The notes under the pieces: generated by a model
Seen by the model: the letters and a program-made list of their open reading frames with translations, nothing else
Database searches by the model: none
Told to the model about the DNA's origin: nothing
Position numbers and translations under genes: made by a program
Assembly: GCF_045037415.1 (NCBI RefSeq)
Contig: NZ_CP173438.1
Source of the DNA: Escherichia coli
Lineage (GTDB): Bacteria > Pseudomonadota > Gammaproteobacteria > Enterobacterales > Enterobacteriaceae
DNA length: 64,000 nucleotides
Strand: one strand, 5' to 3'
Part shown: in pieces, positions 27,356 through 37,057 of the stretch
Layout: each line of letters starts with the position of its first letter
How positions within the stretch are numbered: the stretch's first letter is position 1

Positions 27356-29106
27356 CAGAACTCCATAACCATGAAACGCTCGTTTTCTCCTTCGCCGCCA
27401 ATTGGTTCGTTAATGACAGCAAGCATGGTTGCCCACGCAAGGTCGCCGTGGCTGATCCCCCTCGCGCGGTCCGTTTCGTAAGTGATAAAGCCGCCCGGTG
27501 TTTTCACCTTACGCACGGCGTTAAAGGCCGCGACCAGCTCGCGTTCGGCGCGATCGTATTCCCACCGCCCGGCACGCATTATTTGCAGCATTTTCAGTAC
27601 CAGCGACCGTTTTGATGACAGCGTGAAGGTGTACGGAATAGCAGCAGGGAAAAACCGCTTCACTATCTGATAAACAGCCTCCCCGTTCCCGCCCGTCACA
27701 TCAATGCCGATGTGTTCCACGTTGTAGCGACACGTGAACTCTTCAATGACTCTGGCCTGTTCTTCAAACTCCAGCCCCTGAACGCGTCGCGTCTCCACCG
27801 TTCGAAAACGGCCGCCAGGAACAGCCGGAGGAACCACCACGGACACAGCGCCGCTGTCGCCGTTGCCACTACTGCCGTTTGCGTCATACCCAATCCATAC
27901 CGGACGATTCCCCATCGGGCGGGGAGCAAAAGGTTTCCAGTCTTTCCAGTCGTCGTATCCGTCAACACCGCAGCCAATCAGGATATTCAGGTTAAATGCC
28001 GATTCCCCTTCGCGGACAAACTCACACATATAGAGATTGAGGAACTCGTCTTCGGTGTTTTCATCACGAATTTCGTCGATATCGGTGTGTTTCCAGCCGT
28101 GATTAACCACATCTTCCAGCGTGACAATTTGCCGCCACGTCCGGTCAGGGCAGATAAGCCCATTATGCAGCGTTTTCCAGTCCACAGAAAAACGCTGGCG
28201 TTTATGCGAGGCCTTTTTCTCGTTCCAGCGGTCGCCGTTCCAGTAGGCGTATGCCTCGTGCGTTTCGGTGGATGGCGTGGAGAAGTAGGTGCGCCGCAGT
28301 CCGCTGAGGGTTGCCATAGCGCCAGCCACCTTGCGCAGTTCAGCAAAGCGACTGACCCAGAAAAATTCATCAAAATAAAAATTGCCCGTATAGGACTGTG
28401 CCGACGCAGCAGAAGTGCCGAGAAAATGCAGCTCTGCGCCGTTGGAGAGGATGATTTTATCGCCCCCTTTCAGCTCCACATCAACTTCAGCCGCGGCCTT
28501 CTGAATAATGCTTTTAAACTGGAACGCCTGACGACGCGACGCAGACAAAAAAATCTGGTTACGCTGGTAAGGTTGCGCCACATCGTCACGCAGCGCCATC
28601 AGCAGTGCTTCCTGTGCAAAATACCAGGTCGCCCCAATCTGTCGGGATTTCAGGATCATCCTGTTACGTATCCCGGCTTCCCTGCAAAGGGTCAGGGAGT
28701 CAAACCAGCCCCGCTGATGCCACTCCAGCCTGCTGATGATTTTTTCCCGCAGTGCGGCAATCTGTTCCGGCGTGAAATGATTTTTGAGTTTTTTCGCCCG
28801 GCCTTTCTTTCCTGCGGCCATCACATCCGGCTGGCCATCATGCAGCTTTTTAAGCTGCCGGGTCAGCAGGTCTATTTCCTTAAAGTCACCGCCTGTTTTA
28901 TTCTGTTTTTCAGTAAGCTGGATGAGGCGCGCATCGATGGACTGCGTGACACGCTGCACGGGTGGCGTTTCATCCCACTGGTCACGTTTTTTCCACGCAT
29001 AAATCGTGTTCGGGTTTATTCCCATCAGACGTGATATTTCTGCGGGCGGATAACCCTGCCAGTAAAGTTGCCGCGCACGCTGGCGCACAAAAGCGTCCTG
29101 AATCAT
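27355..29106 (-). CDS. Terminase large (ATPase) subunit (P2 gpP-like)
   Basis: 583 aa; Walker-A-like KSRQIGATWY; divergent from the O-N-M-L operon. Confidence 0.85.
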   Translation of the reverse strand: MIQDAFVRQRARQLYWQGYPPAEISRLMGINPNTIYAWKKRDQWDETPPVQRVTQSIDARLIQLTEKQNKTGGDFKEIDLLTRQLKKLHDGQPDVMAAGKKGRAKKLKNHFTPEQIAALREKIISRLEWHQRGWFDSLTLCREAGIRNRMILKSRQIGATWYFAQEALLMALRDDVAQPYQRNQIFLSASRRQAFQFKSIIQKAAAEVDVELKGGDKIILSNGAELHFLGTSAASAQSYTGNFYFDEFFWVSRFAELRKVAGAMATLSGLRRTYFSTPSTETHEAYAYWNGDRWNEKKASHKRQRFSVDWKTLHNGLICPDRTWRQIVTLEDVVNHGWKHTDIDEIRDENTEDEFLNLYMCEFVREGESAFNLNILIGCGVDGYDDWKDWKPFAPRPMGNRPVWIGYDANGSSGNGDSGAVSVVVPPAVPGGRFRTVETRRVQGLEFEEQARVIEEFTCRYNVEHIGIDVTGGNGEAVYQIVKRFFPAAIPYTFTLSSKRSLVLKMLQIMRAGRWEYDRAERELVAAFNAVRKVKTPGGFITYETDRARGISHGDLAWATMLAVINEPIGGEGENERFMVMEF

Positions 29107-29260
29107 TGCTCCCCCTGAGTAATTACAGGAAGATTACCCGCGCGCGAAACTGTTCTCCTTAACCCTCTGTTCTGACTGTTTTCTTACAACAAAAGCCCTT
29201 TGTATCAGCCTGTTACGCTTTGCCATCATGACTGAAGAACCAGTCAGAGGGGCAAAAACT

Positions 29261-30097
29261 ATGGCTAATGAAAAAAAGACATCCCGCAAAAAGTTTCGCG
29301 TGGCTGTCTCCGGATCAACTGTTGATGGCCGTGAAATCAGTCCGGTGCATCTGCGTGAAGCCGCCGAGAACTTCAACCCGGATGTTTACGCTGCCCGCGT
29401 GAACGTTGAGCACTATCTCTCGCCATGTCCGTCAAGCGAATTTTCCGCAATGGGCGATGTCACCGCACTGAGTACGGAAGACATTACGGAAGGTCCGCTG
29501 GCCGGACGTACTGCGCTGTATGCAGAAATCGAACCGACCGAGCGCATGAAGCAGCTTGTCGCTGACGGCAAGAAAATCTATTCCAGTATCGAACTGCACC
29601 CGCAGTTCTCCGTTAACGGGCGCGCCTATCTGGTCGGGCTGGCGATGACCGACACCCCGGCAAGCCTGGGCACTGAGCGCCTGAAATTCACGGCACAGCA
29701 ACGTCAGGCGGTGATGACGTTCAACAGTATCCAGGGTGAAGCACCGCTTATCTCCGAAGCCATCGAGTCTGAAATCATCGAAATGGCAGAACAACGCCAG
29801 GAAGAAGGCACCCAGTGGTTTAACCGCGTAATGGGGATTATTGGTCGTGGCCGCAAAGCGGATGACGCCAGTTTCTCCCGAATTCAGGAAGCGGTGGAAG
29901 GCGTTGCAACGTCACAGGCCGACATTATCGACCGTTTTAATGTGCTGGAAACCCGCCATCAGCAGGACCGCCAGAAAATCACGTCACTGACCACAGAGCT
30001 GACAGCATTGAAGGAAAAACTGCGCACGCAGGACGGCGATCCGCAGAACCGCTTCACCGCAACGGGCGCAGCCTCCGACCAGCTGGCTGACTTCTGA
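29261..30097 (+). CDS. Capsid scaffolding protein (P2 gpO-like)
   Basis: ORF 29228..30097 trimmed to ATG 29261 with RBS agagggg (MANEKKTSRKKFRVAVSGSTVDGREISP...), similar to the recalled P2 gpO N-terminus. Confidence 0.8.
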   Translation: MANEKKTSRKKFRVAVSGSTVDGREISPVHLREAAENFNPDVYAARVNVEHYLSPCPSSEFSAMGDVTALSTEDITEGPLAGRTALYAEIEPTERMKQLVADGKKIYSSIELHPQFSVNGRAYLVGLAMTDTPASLGTERLKFTAQQRQAVMTFNSIQGEAPLISEAIESEIIEMAEQRQEEGTQWFNRVMGIIGRGRKADDASFSRIQEAVEGVATSQADIIDRFNVLETRHQQDRQKITSLTTELTALKEKLRTQDGDPQNRFTATGAASDQLADF

Positions 30098-30120
30098 TAA
30101 GACAAAGGAGCAAATTTTTT

Positions 30121-31173
30121 ATGAATCTGGTGATGTCAGATATTACCCGCAACAAGCTGGGTTGCTATATGGCGCAGCAGGCGTCGCTTAACAATATCCC
30201 GGTATCTGCACTGGTATCGCGATTTACCGTGGAACCCGCGGTGCAGCAGCGTTTTGAAAACGCCTCAAAGGAAAGTACCGAATTTACGAAAAGAATTAAC
30301 GTGATCGGCGTGACCGACCAGAAAGGCGAAAAAATCCTCCTGGACACCACCGGGCCAATTGCGCGCACGAATAGCAGTTATGACGGCATCAAACGCCGTA
30401 ACCCGAATAACGTGATCGATATGAAGTCTCGTCAGTACCAGTGCGAACAGGTGAACTACGATACCTTTATTTCGTACCCACAGCTTGATACCTGGGCGGC
30501 CCACAGCGATTTTCAGTCCCGTATCAGTACACAGATCGCCCGGCAGGTAGCGCTTGATCGCATCATGATTGGCTTTAACGGCACATCCCACGCCTACGAG
30601 TCTGATTTTCACACCAACAAGCTGCTTCAGGACGTTAACGTGGGCTGGCTGGAGCACATCAGAACCGATGCCAGCGAGCGCGTAATGAATGACGTGACGC
30701 TGACCTCCCGCAACATGGACAACACTGTGGCGCACGCGGGTAAGTATGCGAATGCCGATGCTCTGGTACAGGATGCGCGCTCATCCCTGCTGGATGAATG
30801 GCACAAGGAAGCTGACGACCTCGCGGTGATTATGGGGCGCAACCTGTTTAACTCGCTGCGTCTGCCCGTGCTGAACAGCATCAGCGGCCAGAATCCCAAT
30901 GCGGAATTACTTGCCGGGCAGCTCATCCTGTCATCGCGCACCATTGGCGGGCTGGGCGTGTTCCTTGCGCCGTTCTTCCCGGATGCAACGATGCTTATCA
31001 CCTCGTTCAACAACCTGTCGATTTACTGGCAGAAAGGTTCAATGCGTCGCCTGATGAAAGACGAGCCGGAATACAACCGCATCGCCACCTACCAGTCCAT
31101 CAATGACGCTTATGTCGTTGAAGACTATGGCAAGTGCGCGATGGTCACTGGCCTGAAGTTCGCCGACAGCTAA
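30121..31173 (+). CDS. Major capsid protein (P2 gpN-like)
   Basis: 350 aa with RBS aaaggag; follows the scaffold gene as in P2. Confidence 0.85.
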   Translation: MNLVMSDITRNKLGCYMAQQASLNNIPVSALVSRFTVEPAVQQRFENASKESTEFTKRINVIGVTDQKGEKILLDTTGPIARTNSSYDGIKRRNPNNVIDMKSRQYQCEQVNYDTFISYPQLDTWAAHSDFQSRISTQIARQVALDRIMIGFNGTSHAYESDFHTNKLLQDVNVGWLEHIRTDASERVMNDVTLTSRNMDNTVAHAGKYANADALVQDARSSLLDEWHKEADDLAVIMGRNLFNSLRLPVLNSISGQNPNAELLAGQLILSSRTIGGLGVFLAPFFPDATMLITSFNNLSIYWQKGSMRRLMKDEPEYNRIATYQSINDAYVVEDYGKCAMVTGLKFADS

Positions 31174-31218
31174 TCAACTCACGGCGGGCATCATGCCCGC
31201 CTGTAACGGAGAGAAAAA

Positions 31219-32019
31219 ATGATTACTCCTGCACAACAACACTGGCAGAACGTGATGGCACAGCGCGCAGGCCGGGCGAATGAAGGTGTGGACCACGCCG
31301 CGTGTACCGCGCATGAAGAGGTGCTGTATCGTCTGCGTCTGGCACAGGCCAGGCTAAAGGCCATACAGGCCAGAAGCGCGAAAGCCGCCATCAAAAAAGA
31401 GTTGTTGCCGGACTTTTCCGGCTGGATTGAGGGAACGCTGGAGGCTGACGGCGGGCAACAGGACGAAGTAATTGCCACGCTGATGGTGTGGGCGATTGAC
31501 TGCGGCGATCTTCCGCTGGCGCTGCGTATTGGTGCATATGTGGTCCGTCACAACCTCATCATGCCGGATAACTTTGGCCGTACTGCTGCCACGGTACTGA
31601 CCGAAGAAATCTGCAACCCGGTACTGACGCAGGCTGGGACGGATGCCGACGCGGATTTATCCGCCTTTATCGAACCACTGGACACACTTTGGGAAATTAT
31701 CGCCAACCAGGACATGCCGGACGAAGTGCGCGCCAAATTATGCAAGGCGTGTGCCTTTGCCCGTCGTGGCCTGACCGATGCAGACAACATGGCCTCATCA
31801 CTGAAGCTGCTGCGCGAAGCGATGCACCTGAACCCGAACGCAGGTGTGAAACGCGAGATTGCAACCCTTTCCCGCGCCCTGAAAAAAGCCGATTCCGCAG
31901 CCGAACCAGAAGACGCCAGCGCACAGCAGGCGCAGGACGAAAGCAGCAAAAGTAAAAAGACAACGCGGAAGCCTGCAACACGAAAAACCACCGCGACGCA
32001 GAAGGCAAAGCGCGGTTAA
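31219..32019 (+). CDS. Terminase small / endonuclease subunit (P2 gpM-like)
   Basis: 266 aa with a basic Lys/Thr-rich C-terminal tail; position after N. Confidence 0.8.
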   Translation: MITPAQQHWQNVMAQRAGRANEGVDHAACTAHEEVLYRLRLAQARLKAIQARSAKAAIKKELLPDFSGWIEGTLEADGGQQDEVIATLMVWAIDCGDLPLALRIGAYVVRHNLIMPDNFGRTAATVLTEEICNPVLTQAGTDADADLSAFIEPLDTLWEIIANQDMPDEVRAKLCKACAFARRGLTDADNMASSLKLLREAMHLNPNAGVKREIATLSRALKKADSAAEPEDASAQQAQDESSKSKKTTRKPATRKTTATQKAKRG

Positions 32020-32120
32020 CGACTGACCCCGTCAGCGGGCGGCGTGCGCGGTGTTCCGGTTTGACTCCGTGACCGTTTACACCGCGCACCCACCGCCCGA
32101 TTTTTTCAGGAGTGAACCCC

Positions 32121-32615
32121 ATGAGTATGGTTGCCAGAACTAACCCCGGCCCCGCAGAGGACGACATCACCGACACCGATGATGGCGATACCCGTATTTC
32201 AGCGGGTGCATTCTGGCCGGATATTGTGCTGCGCGAGCTGCGTCTGGCGGTACGACTGCCGGGCCGCGTGACCACCTCCCGCCTGCTGCATACCGCCACC
32301 GGGGCCATAGCACACGTTACCCGCGAGCTGGAAGCATGGCAGCAGGAACAACAGGCGGCTGGCTATCAGACGCTGGCCGATGTTCCGGCCCCTGTAATTA
32401 ACGGAGAAAGCGTCAATCTCTGGCACTGGCGCAATGCTGTTTATACCGCCACACGCGCCCTGATTCTGGAGCGTTACCGCGATGCGGACACAACGGACAA
32501 GGGCGACCGCCGGGCGGACGCACTGGATATACAGACATCGGATTTGTGGCGCGATGTGAGCTGGGCCATCTCTGACATTCTGGGACGACCGCGAATGTTT
32601 GCGGAGCTGTGCTGA
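32121..32615 (+). CDS. Head completion protein (P2 gpL-like)
   Basis: ORF 32112..32615; ATG 32121 with RBS caggag; position and size (about 165 aa) as for P2 L. Confidence 0.75.
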   Translation: MSMVARTNPGPAEDDITDTDDGDTRISAGAFWPDIVLRELRLAVRLPGRVTTSRLLHTATGAIAHVTRELEAWQQEQQAAGYQTLADVPAPVINGESVNLWHWRNAVYTATRALILERYRDADTTDKGDRRADALDIQTSDLWRDVSWAISDILGRPRMFAELC

Positions 32616-32815
32616 TGAAAGTGAAGGCACTGGAAGGCGACACCGTGGATTCGCTCTGTTTCCGGTACTACGGCACGACACAGGGCGTCACCGAAAAGGT
32701 GCTGGATGCCAACCCCGGACTCTGTCAGCAGGTATTTCTGGACGCCGGGCAGGAAGTGGAGATGCCGGAGCCGGAGAAGAAGAAACGAGAAATGATTCAG
32801 TTGTGGGGGGAGTAG
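32615..32815 (+). CDS. Tail protein X (P2 gpX-like)
   Basis: ATG 32615 overlapping the L stop; MKVKALEGDTVDSLCFRYYGTTQGVTEKVLDANPGL..., about 66 aa. Confidence 0.75.
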   Translation: MKVKALEGDTVDSLCFRYYGTTQGVTEKVLDANPGLCQQVFLDAGQEVEMPEPEKKKREMIQLWGE

Positions 32816-32817
32816 CA

Positions 32818-33141
32818 GTGAGCACCATTCAAACAGGGATCACAGAGCAGGTTATTGCGTGGCTCTTTGACCACCTGCCAACGGTGTATGCAGTAGGCGC
32901 GGCGGTCAGCATTTCCGCGCTGATGAGTCTTTATGACGGACGAACACTGGTTCAGACCGTAACGGGATCGCTGGCGTGCGGCGTTCTTGCCATGGCCGTG
33001 GCCGGGTCGCTGCGCTTCTTCGGGATCCCTGAGGATGCAGTGACGTTTTTTGGTGCCTCAATCGGTTTTATGGGCGCAGAGAAAGCACGCGACAAGGTTA
33101 TTGCAATATTTGATCGCAGGGTGAAGGAGAGGAACGAATGA
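32818..33141 (+). CDS. Holin
   Basis: GTG start after RBS ggggggag; about 107 aa with hydrophobic helices; directly upstream of the endolysin. Confidence 0.65.
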   Translation: MSTIQTGITEQVIAWLFDHLPTVYAVGAAVSISALMSLYDGRTLVQTVTGSLACGVLAMAVAGSLRFFGIPEDAVTFFGASIGFMGAEKARDKVIAIFDRRVKERNE

Positions 33142-33530
33142 GCAACACATTTAAATTCAGCAGCCGGAGCGAAAAGAATTTGCAGGGTGTAAATCCTGAT
33201 CTGGTGAAAGTGACCCGACGGGCGCTGGAAATCTCGGAAGTGGATTTTGGTATCACCGAAGGATTGCGCAGTCGTTATCGTCAGAAGCAGCTCGTGACCA
33301 CAGGCAAGAGCCAGACCATGAACAGTCGCCATCTCACAGGGCATGCCGTGGATGTTGTGGCTTATGTCGGCAACCAGGTGTCATGGGAATGGCCGCTGTA
33401 CGAAAAAATCGCAGCAGCATTCAGACAGGCCAGCCAGGAACTGAATATTCCGGTGGAATGGGGCGGCGACTGGAAGACCCTGAAAGACGGACCGCATTTT
33501 CAGTTACCACACGGAGCCTATCCGGCATGA
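33138..33530 (+). CDS. Endolysin, peptidase M15-type (L-alanyl-D-glutamate endopeptidase family)
   Basis: 130 aa; metal-binding pattern SRHLTGHAVDV is typical of M15 peptidases; ATGA-coupled to holin and Rz. Confidence 0.7.
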   Translation: MSNTFKFSSRSEKNLQGVNPDLVKVTRRALEISEVDFGITEGLRSRYRQKQLVTTGKSQTMNSRHLTGHAVDVVAYVGNQVSWEWPLYEKIAAAFRQASQELNIPVEWGGDWKTLKDGPHFQLPHGAYPA

Positions 33531-33922
33531 AGCTCTGGCCCACGCTTGGCGTCGCTTTCCTTCTGATTACATCCATGCGTCTGTCGTGGTCGCTGGGCCG
33601 GGAGAACGCCAGAAACGAAGCGCAGGCCAGCACCCTGAAAAGTACCGTCGACACACTGAATATCATCAGCGCCGGGGTACAGGATATGCAGCAGGTGCTG
33701 GCTCAGCTCCGCGCGGAAAATCAGCAACGCAATCAGGACGGAGAGGTAAGACGTGAACAGCTACGCAACGATATTGCAAAAGATGAATGCGCCCACGCTT
33801 TGCCTGACGCTCGTTTTACTGACAGGTTGCGCAGGCACGCAGAACGCGCCAGGGCCAGCGCCGTCAGTCCGGCTTATACCGCAGACGCTGACCATGCCGG
33901 TAACGCCTCCCCCCTTCCCTGA
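33527..33922 (+). CDS. Rz-like i-spanin (LysB-like)
   Basis: N-terminal TM (MKLWPTLGVAFLLITSMRL) followed by a coiled-coil-like region. Confidence 0.65.
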   Translation: MKLWPTLGVAFLLITSMRLSWSLGRENARNEAQASTLKSTVDTLNIISAGVQDMQQVLAQLRAENQQRNQDGEVRREQLRNDIAKDECAHALPDARFTDRLRRHAERARASAVSPAYTADADHAGNASPLP

Positions 33923-34064
33923 CCCACCCACATGGGGAAACCTCGGAATATGGGGCGACCGCCTTCTGGATGCACTGGAAACCTGTAACGCGGATAAACG
34001 GGCCATTGCTGAACTGGATAAGAGAATAGCCGAACTGACACACCAGACGGGAGTAACACAATGA
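33783..34064 (+). CDS. Rz1-like o-spanin lipoprotein (LysC-like), overlapping the Rz frame
   Basis: Lipobox LLTGC in MNAPTLCLTLVLLTGCAGT; Pro-rich mature part; begins inside Rz in another frame. Confidence 0.6.
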   Translation: MNAPTLCLTLVLLTGCAGTQNAPGPAPSVRLIPQTLTMPVTPPPFPDPPTWGNLGIWGDRLLDALETCNADKRAIAELDKRIAELTHQTGVTQ

Positions 34065-35938
34065 CCAGTAAGAACTTTGCACTGATTACAGCCATGACAC
34101 AGGCTGAACTGACTCAAAAGGTGAATGAACATCTTGCGAAAGGGTGGCATCTTCAGGGGGAGACGCGGGTTGCCTACGAACCCGGCACCCCGTGGTATCT
34201 AATGCAGGCAATGGTGGCCGATGGCACTACAGACATCTCACCTGATTCCCCCCAGCACGGCAGCGTGCCGGAGTGGTATTACGTGGTGGTACTTGCTGGT
34301 CAATCCAATGCCATGTCATATGGTGAGGGAATGCCGCTGCCGGATTCTTACGATGCGCCCCACCCACGCATTAAGCAACTGGCCCGTCGCAACACAGTGA
34401 CTCCCGGTGGTAAAGCATGCGCATTTAACGACATCATTCCGGCAGACCACTGCCTGCATGATGTTCAGGATATGAGCGCACTGAATCACCCGAATGCAGA
34501 CCTGAGCAAAGGGCAGTATGGCTGTGTCGGACAGGGCTTGCATATTGCCAAACGCCTGTTGCCTTACATTCCACAGAATGCCGGGATTTTACTGGTTCCA
34601 TGCTGTCGTGGTGGTTCGGCATTCACCCAGGGCGCGGAGGGGACATTCAGCGAGTCCACAGGAGCCAGTCAGGATTCGGCTCGCTGGGGTGTGGGTAAAC
34701 CTTTATATCAGGACCTGATTTTGCGCACGAAGGCCGCATTGCAGAAAAACCCAAAAAACATGCTGCTGGCCGTATGCTGGATGCAGGGCGAATTTGACAT
34801 GAGCGCCGCTACGTACTCACAGCAACCTCCGCTGTTTACGGCCATGCTGAAACAGTTTCGTGCGGACATTACCGAGTTTAACACGCAGTGTCATGGAGGC
34901 AGAGCGGCAAGTGTGCCATGGATTTGTGGTGACACGACGTATTACTGGAAAAACACCTACGGCACGCAGTACGACACCATTTACGGGGCGTACAAAAACA
35001 GGGAGAGCGACAACGTTTTCTTTGTGCCGTTCCTGACCGATGGTAGTGGCAACAATACCTCCACCAACGCACCAACGGAAGATCCGGATGCTGCAAGTGA
35101 GGGATATTACGGTTCGGCATCCCGAACGAACAAAAACTGGGTATCATCAAATCGCCAGACGCATTTCAGCTCATGGGCGCGTCGTGGCATTATTCCCGAT
35201 CGTATGGCAACCGCTATTCTGAACGTAGCCGGTCGCACCTTAGCCTTCATCAGTGGTAAGGCACCGGAAATCAAACCCTCGCCCGGCGGCGACACGCCAT
35301 CGGGGCCGTCTGAAGATGCATCCGTACGCACAATCTCCCTGTTGCCGACAGCCGGAGATGCTGCTGCGCAGGGCTGGAGCATTAAGAATGGCGGAATTCA
35401 GTTGTCAGAGGGTGTATTTAAGATCACCAAGCAGAGCAATAAAGCCTGGTCCCTGACGCGCCCGGTGGATGACGCAGTCTCCCTGCTGACACGGGGTGGC
35501 AGACTGAGCTGTAAGTTTCGACTGTCAGGCGCACTGACCAACAATCAGTTCGGTCTGGGAATTTATCTGTATACCGATGTAGCGTTACCTGACGTCGTGG
35601 CGATGACCGGGACTGGTAACCCGTTCCTGATGTCGTTCTTCACCCAGACCACAGACGGCAAACTGAATCTGATGCATCACAAGAAAGCAGGAAACACAAA
35701 GTTGGGCGAGTTCGGGAATTACAGTAACGACTGGCAGACGCTGGAGCTGGTGTTCACCGCCGGCAGTGCCACGGTTACTCCGAAACTGAATGGAGTGGCT
35801 GGCCCGGCATTCCAGGTCATAAAAGACAGTCTGACACTGGGGCTGAATGCGCTGACGTTAACTGATATCACTAAAAATGCCGCGTACGGCGTCGATATCG
35901 GCAGCCTGGTGCTGGAAATCAATAATCCCGCAGCATAA
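34061..35938 (+). CDS. NanS-p-like sialate O-acetylesterase (DUF1737 N-domain plus SGNH/SASA esterase domain)
   Basis: 625 aa; N-terminus MTSKNFALITAMTQAELTQKVNEHLAKGWHLQGE resembles the DUF1737 start of prophage NanS-p proteins; GQSNAMSYGEG is the esterase active-site block. Confidence 0.7.
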   Translation: MTSKNFALITAMTQAELTQKVNEHLAKGWHLQGETRVAYEPGTPWYLMQAMVADGTTDISPDSPQHGSVPEWYYVVVLAGQSNAMSYGEGMPLPDSYDAPHPRIKQLARRNTVTPGGKACAFNDIIPADHCLHDVQDMSALNHPNADLSKGQYGCVGQGLHIAKRLLPYIPQNAGILLVPCCRGGSAFTQGAEGTFSESTGASQDSARWGVGKPLYQDLILRTKAALQKNPKNMLLAVCWMQGEFDMSAATYSQQPPLFTAMLKQFRADITEFNTQCHGGRAASVPWICGDTTYYWKNTYGTQYDTIYGAYKNRESDNVFFVPFLTDGSGNNTSTNAPTEDPDAASEGYYGSASRTNKNWVSSNRQTHFSSWARRGIIPDRMATAILNVAGRTLAFISGKAPEIKPSPGGDTPSGPSEDASVRTISLLPTAGDAAAQGWSIKNGGIQLSEGVFKITKQSNKAWSLTRPVDDAVSLLTRGGRLSCKFRLSGALTNNQFGLGIYLYTDVALPDVVAMTGTGNPFLMSFFTQTTDGKLNLMHHKKAGNTKLGEFGNYSNDWQTLELVFTAGSATVTPKLNGVAGPAFQVIKDSLTLGLNALTLTDITKNAAYGVDIGSLVLEINNPAA

Positions 35939-35961
35939 GGAAGAGCAGGAGAGCAAAACAG

Positions 35962-36429
35962 ATGCTTAAGACAAACAGTCTGCGAGAGTCCATGCTTCAT
36001 GGGTGTCGGTGGTGCCAGGCTAATCCCGAGAAATTCACCATTTTCGTGGAGAGCGGCAACATTGAAACGACCGGAGAAGCGCCCTCGTTTGTTTACCGCT
36101 ATCAGATGGTGATGTTTGTCATGGATTACGCCGGAGAGCTGGACGACCTCACGCTGCCGCTGCTGGCGTGGTTATCCGAAAATCAGCCACAGTTGTTGCT
36201 CAATCCGGAGCGTAATCAGGACATCAAATTTTCTGCCGTTATCAATGACGATGACAGCGCCGATCTCCTGTTTACGCTCCCCCTGCGGGAACGCGTTCGC
36301 ATCACGCGCAACAGTCAGGGCACACCGCAGGCAGAACACCTGCCGGAGCCAAAACCCCGTCTGCCTTCTTCCGAAGGCGACTGGTCGCATGTATTCCAGG
36401 ATGTGACGTGGGGTGAAAGCGATGGATAA
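35962..36429 (+). CDS. Tail completion protein (P2 gpR-like)
   Basis: 155 aa, same as P2 R; position before S-V-W-J-I. Confidence 0.75.
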   Translation: MLKTNSLRESMLHGCRWCQANPEKFTIFVESGNIETTGEAPSFVYRYQMVMFVMDYAGELDDLTLPLLAWLSENQPQLLLNPERNQDIKFSAVINDDDSADLLFTLPLRERVRITRNSQGTPQAEHLPEPKPRLPSSEGDWSHVFQDVTWGESDG

Positions 36430-37057
36430 GGCATTCACCCGCGTGGATGAAACCTTTGAGGCTATCCGCGACAGCCTGAATCAGCAGGCCATCAATAACA
36501 TCGCCAGAAAGCTGGCACAGGATTTACGTCGCGCCCAGCAGGCACGTATCCGGTCACAAAAAGCGCCGGACGGGACCGAATGGACACCACGCAGACGCCG
36601 CGTAACCCGGATACAGGAGCGCATTCGCTTTATCTGGAATAACGAAGCACGCACGCTGAAAAACTGGCATCACGACACAGGGAAATACGGGCGAACCATT
36701 ACCGGGTGGGATGAGGATAAAAACAATATCCGCACGTTTTACCGGGATGACATCGACCGTTTTCTGGAAATACGCACCCGGCGCATCAACCAGGACAGCA
36801 CAAAGCGCGTCCCCATGTTCGTAAAACTGCGCACCGCCCGCTACCTGAAAGCCCGTGCAGATGCCTCCGGTGTGACGGTGGGTTACAGCGGCGTGGCCGC
36901 ACGTATTGCACGCGTTCATCAGTTCGGTGAGCGCGATCAGGTTGCGCCGGGCATTTTCACCGATTACCCGGTACGTGAGCTGTTGGGTATCAGCCAGGCA
37001 GATGAGCGCCTGATTTATAACACGGTGCTGGGCCGGATTGCGGAGGCTGTACGGTGA
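36413..37057 (+). CDS. Tail completion / virion morphogenesis protein (P2 gpS-like)
   Basis: 214 aa; follows R and overlaps its end. Confidence 0.7.
   Translation: MKAMDKAFTRVDETFEAIRDSLNQQAINNIARKLAQDLRRAQQARIRSQKAPDGTEWTPRRRRVTRIQERIRFIWNNEARTLKNWHHDTGKYGRTITGWDEDKNNIRTFYRDDIDRFLEIRTRRINQDSTKRVPMFVKLRTARYLKARADASGVTVGYSGVAARIARVHQFGERDQVAPGIFTDYPVRELLGISQADERLIYNTVLGRIAEAVR

Noticed and set aside
34061-35938. 625-aa protein considered as an extra tail fibre or spike because of its size and position near tail genes
   Set aside because: The GQSNAMSYGEG esterase block and DUF1737-like N-terminus point to a NanS-p-type esterase, and a complete R-S-V-W-J-I-H-G set is already present.
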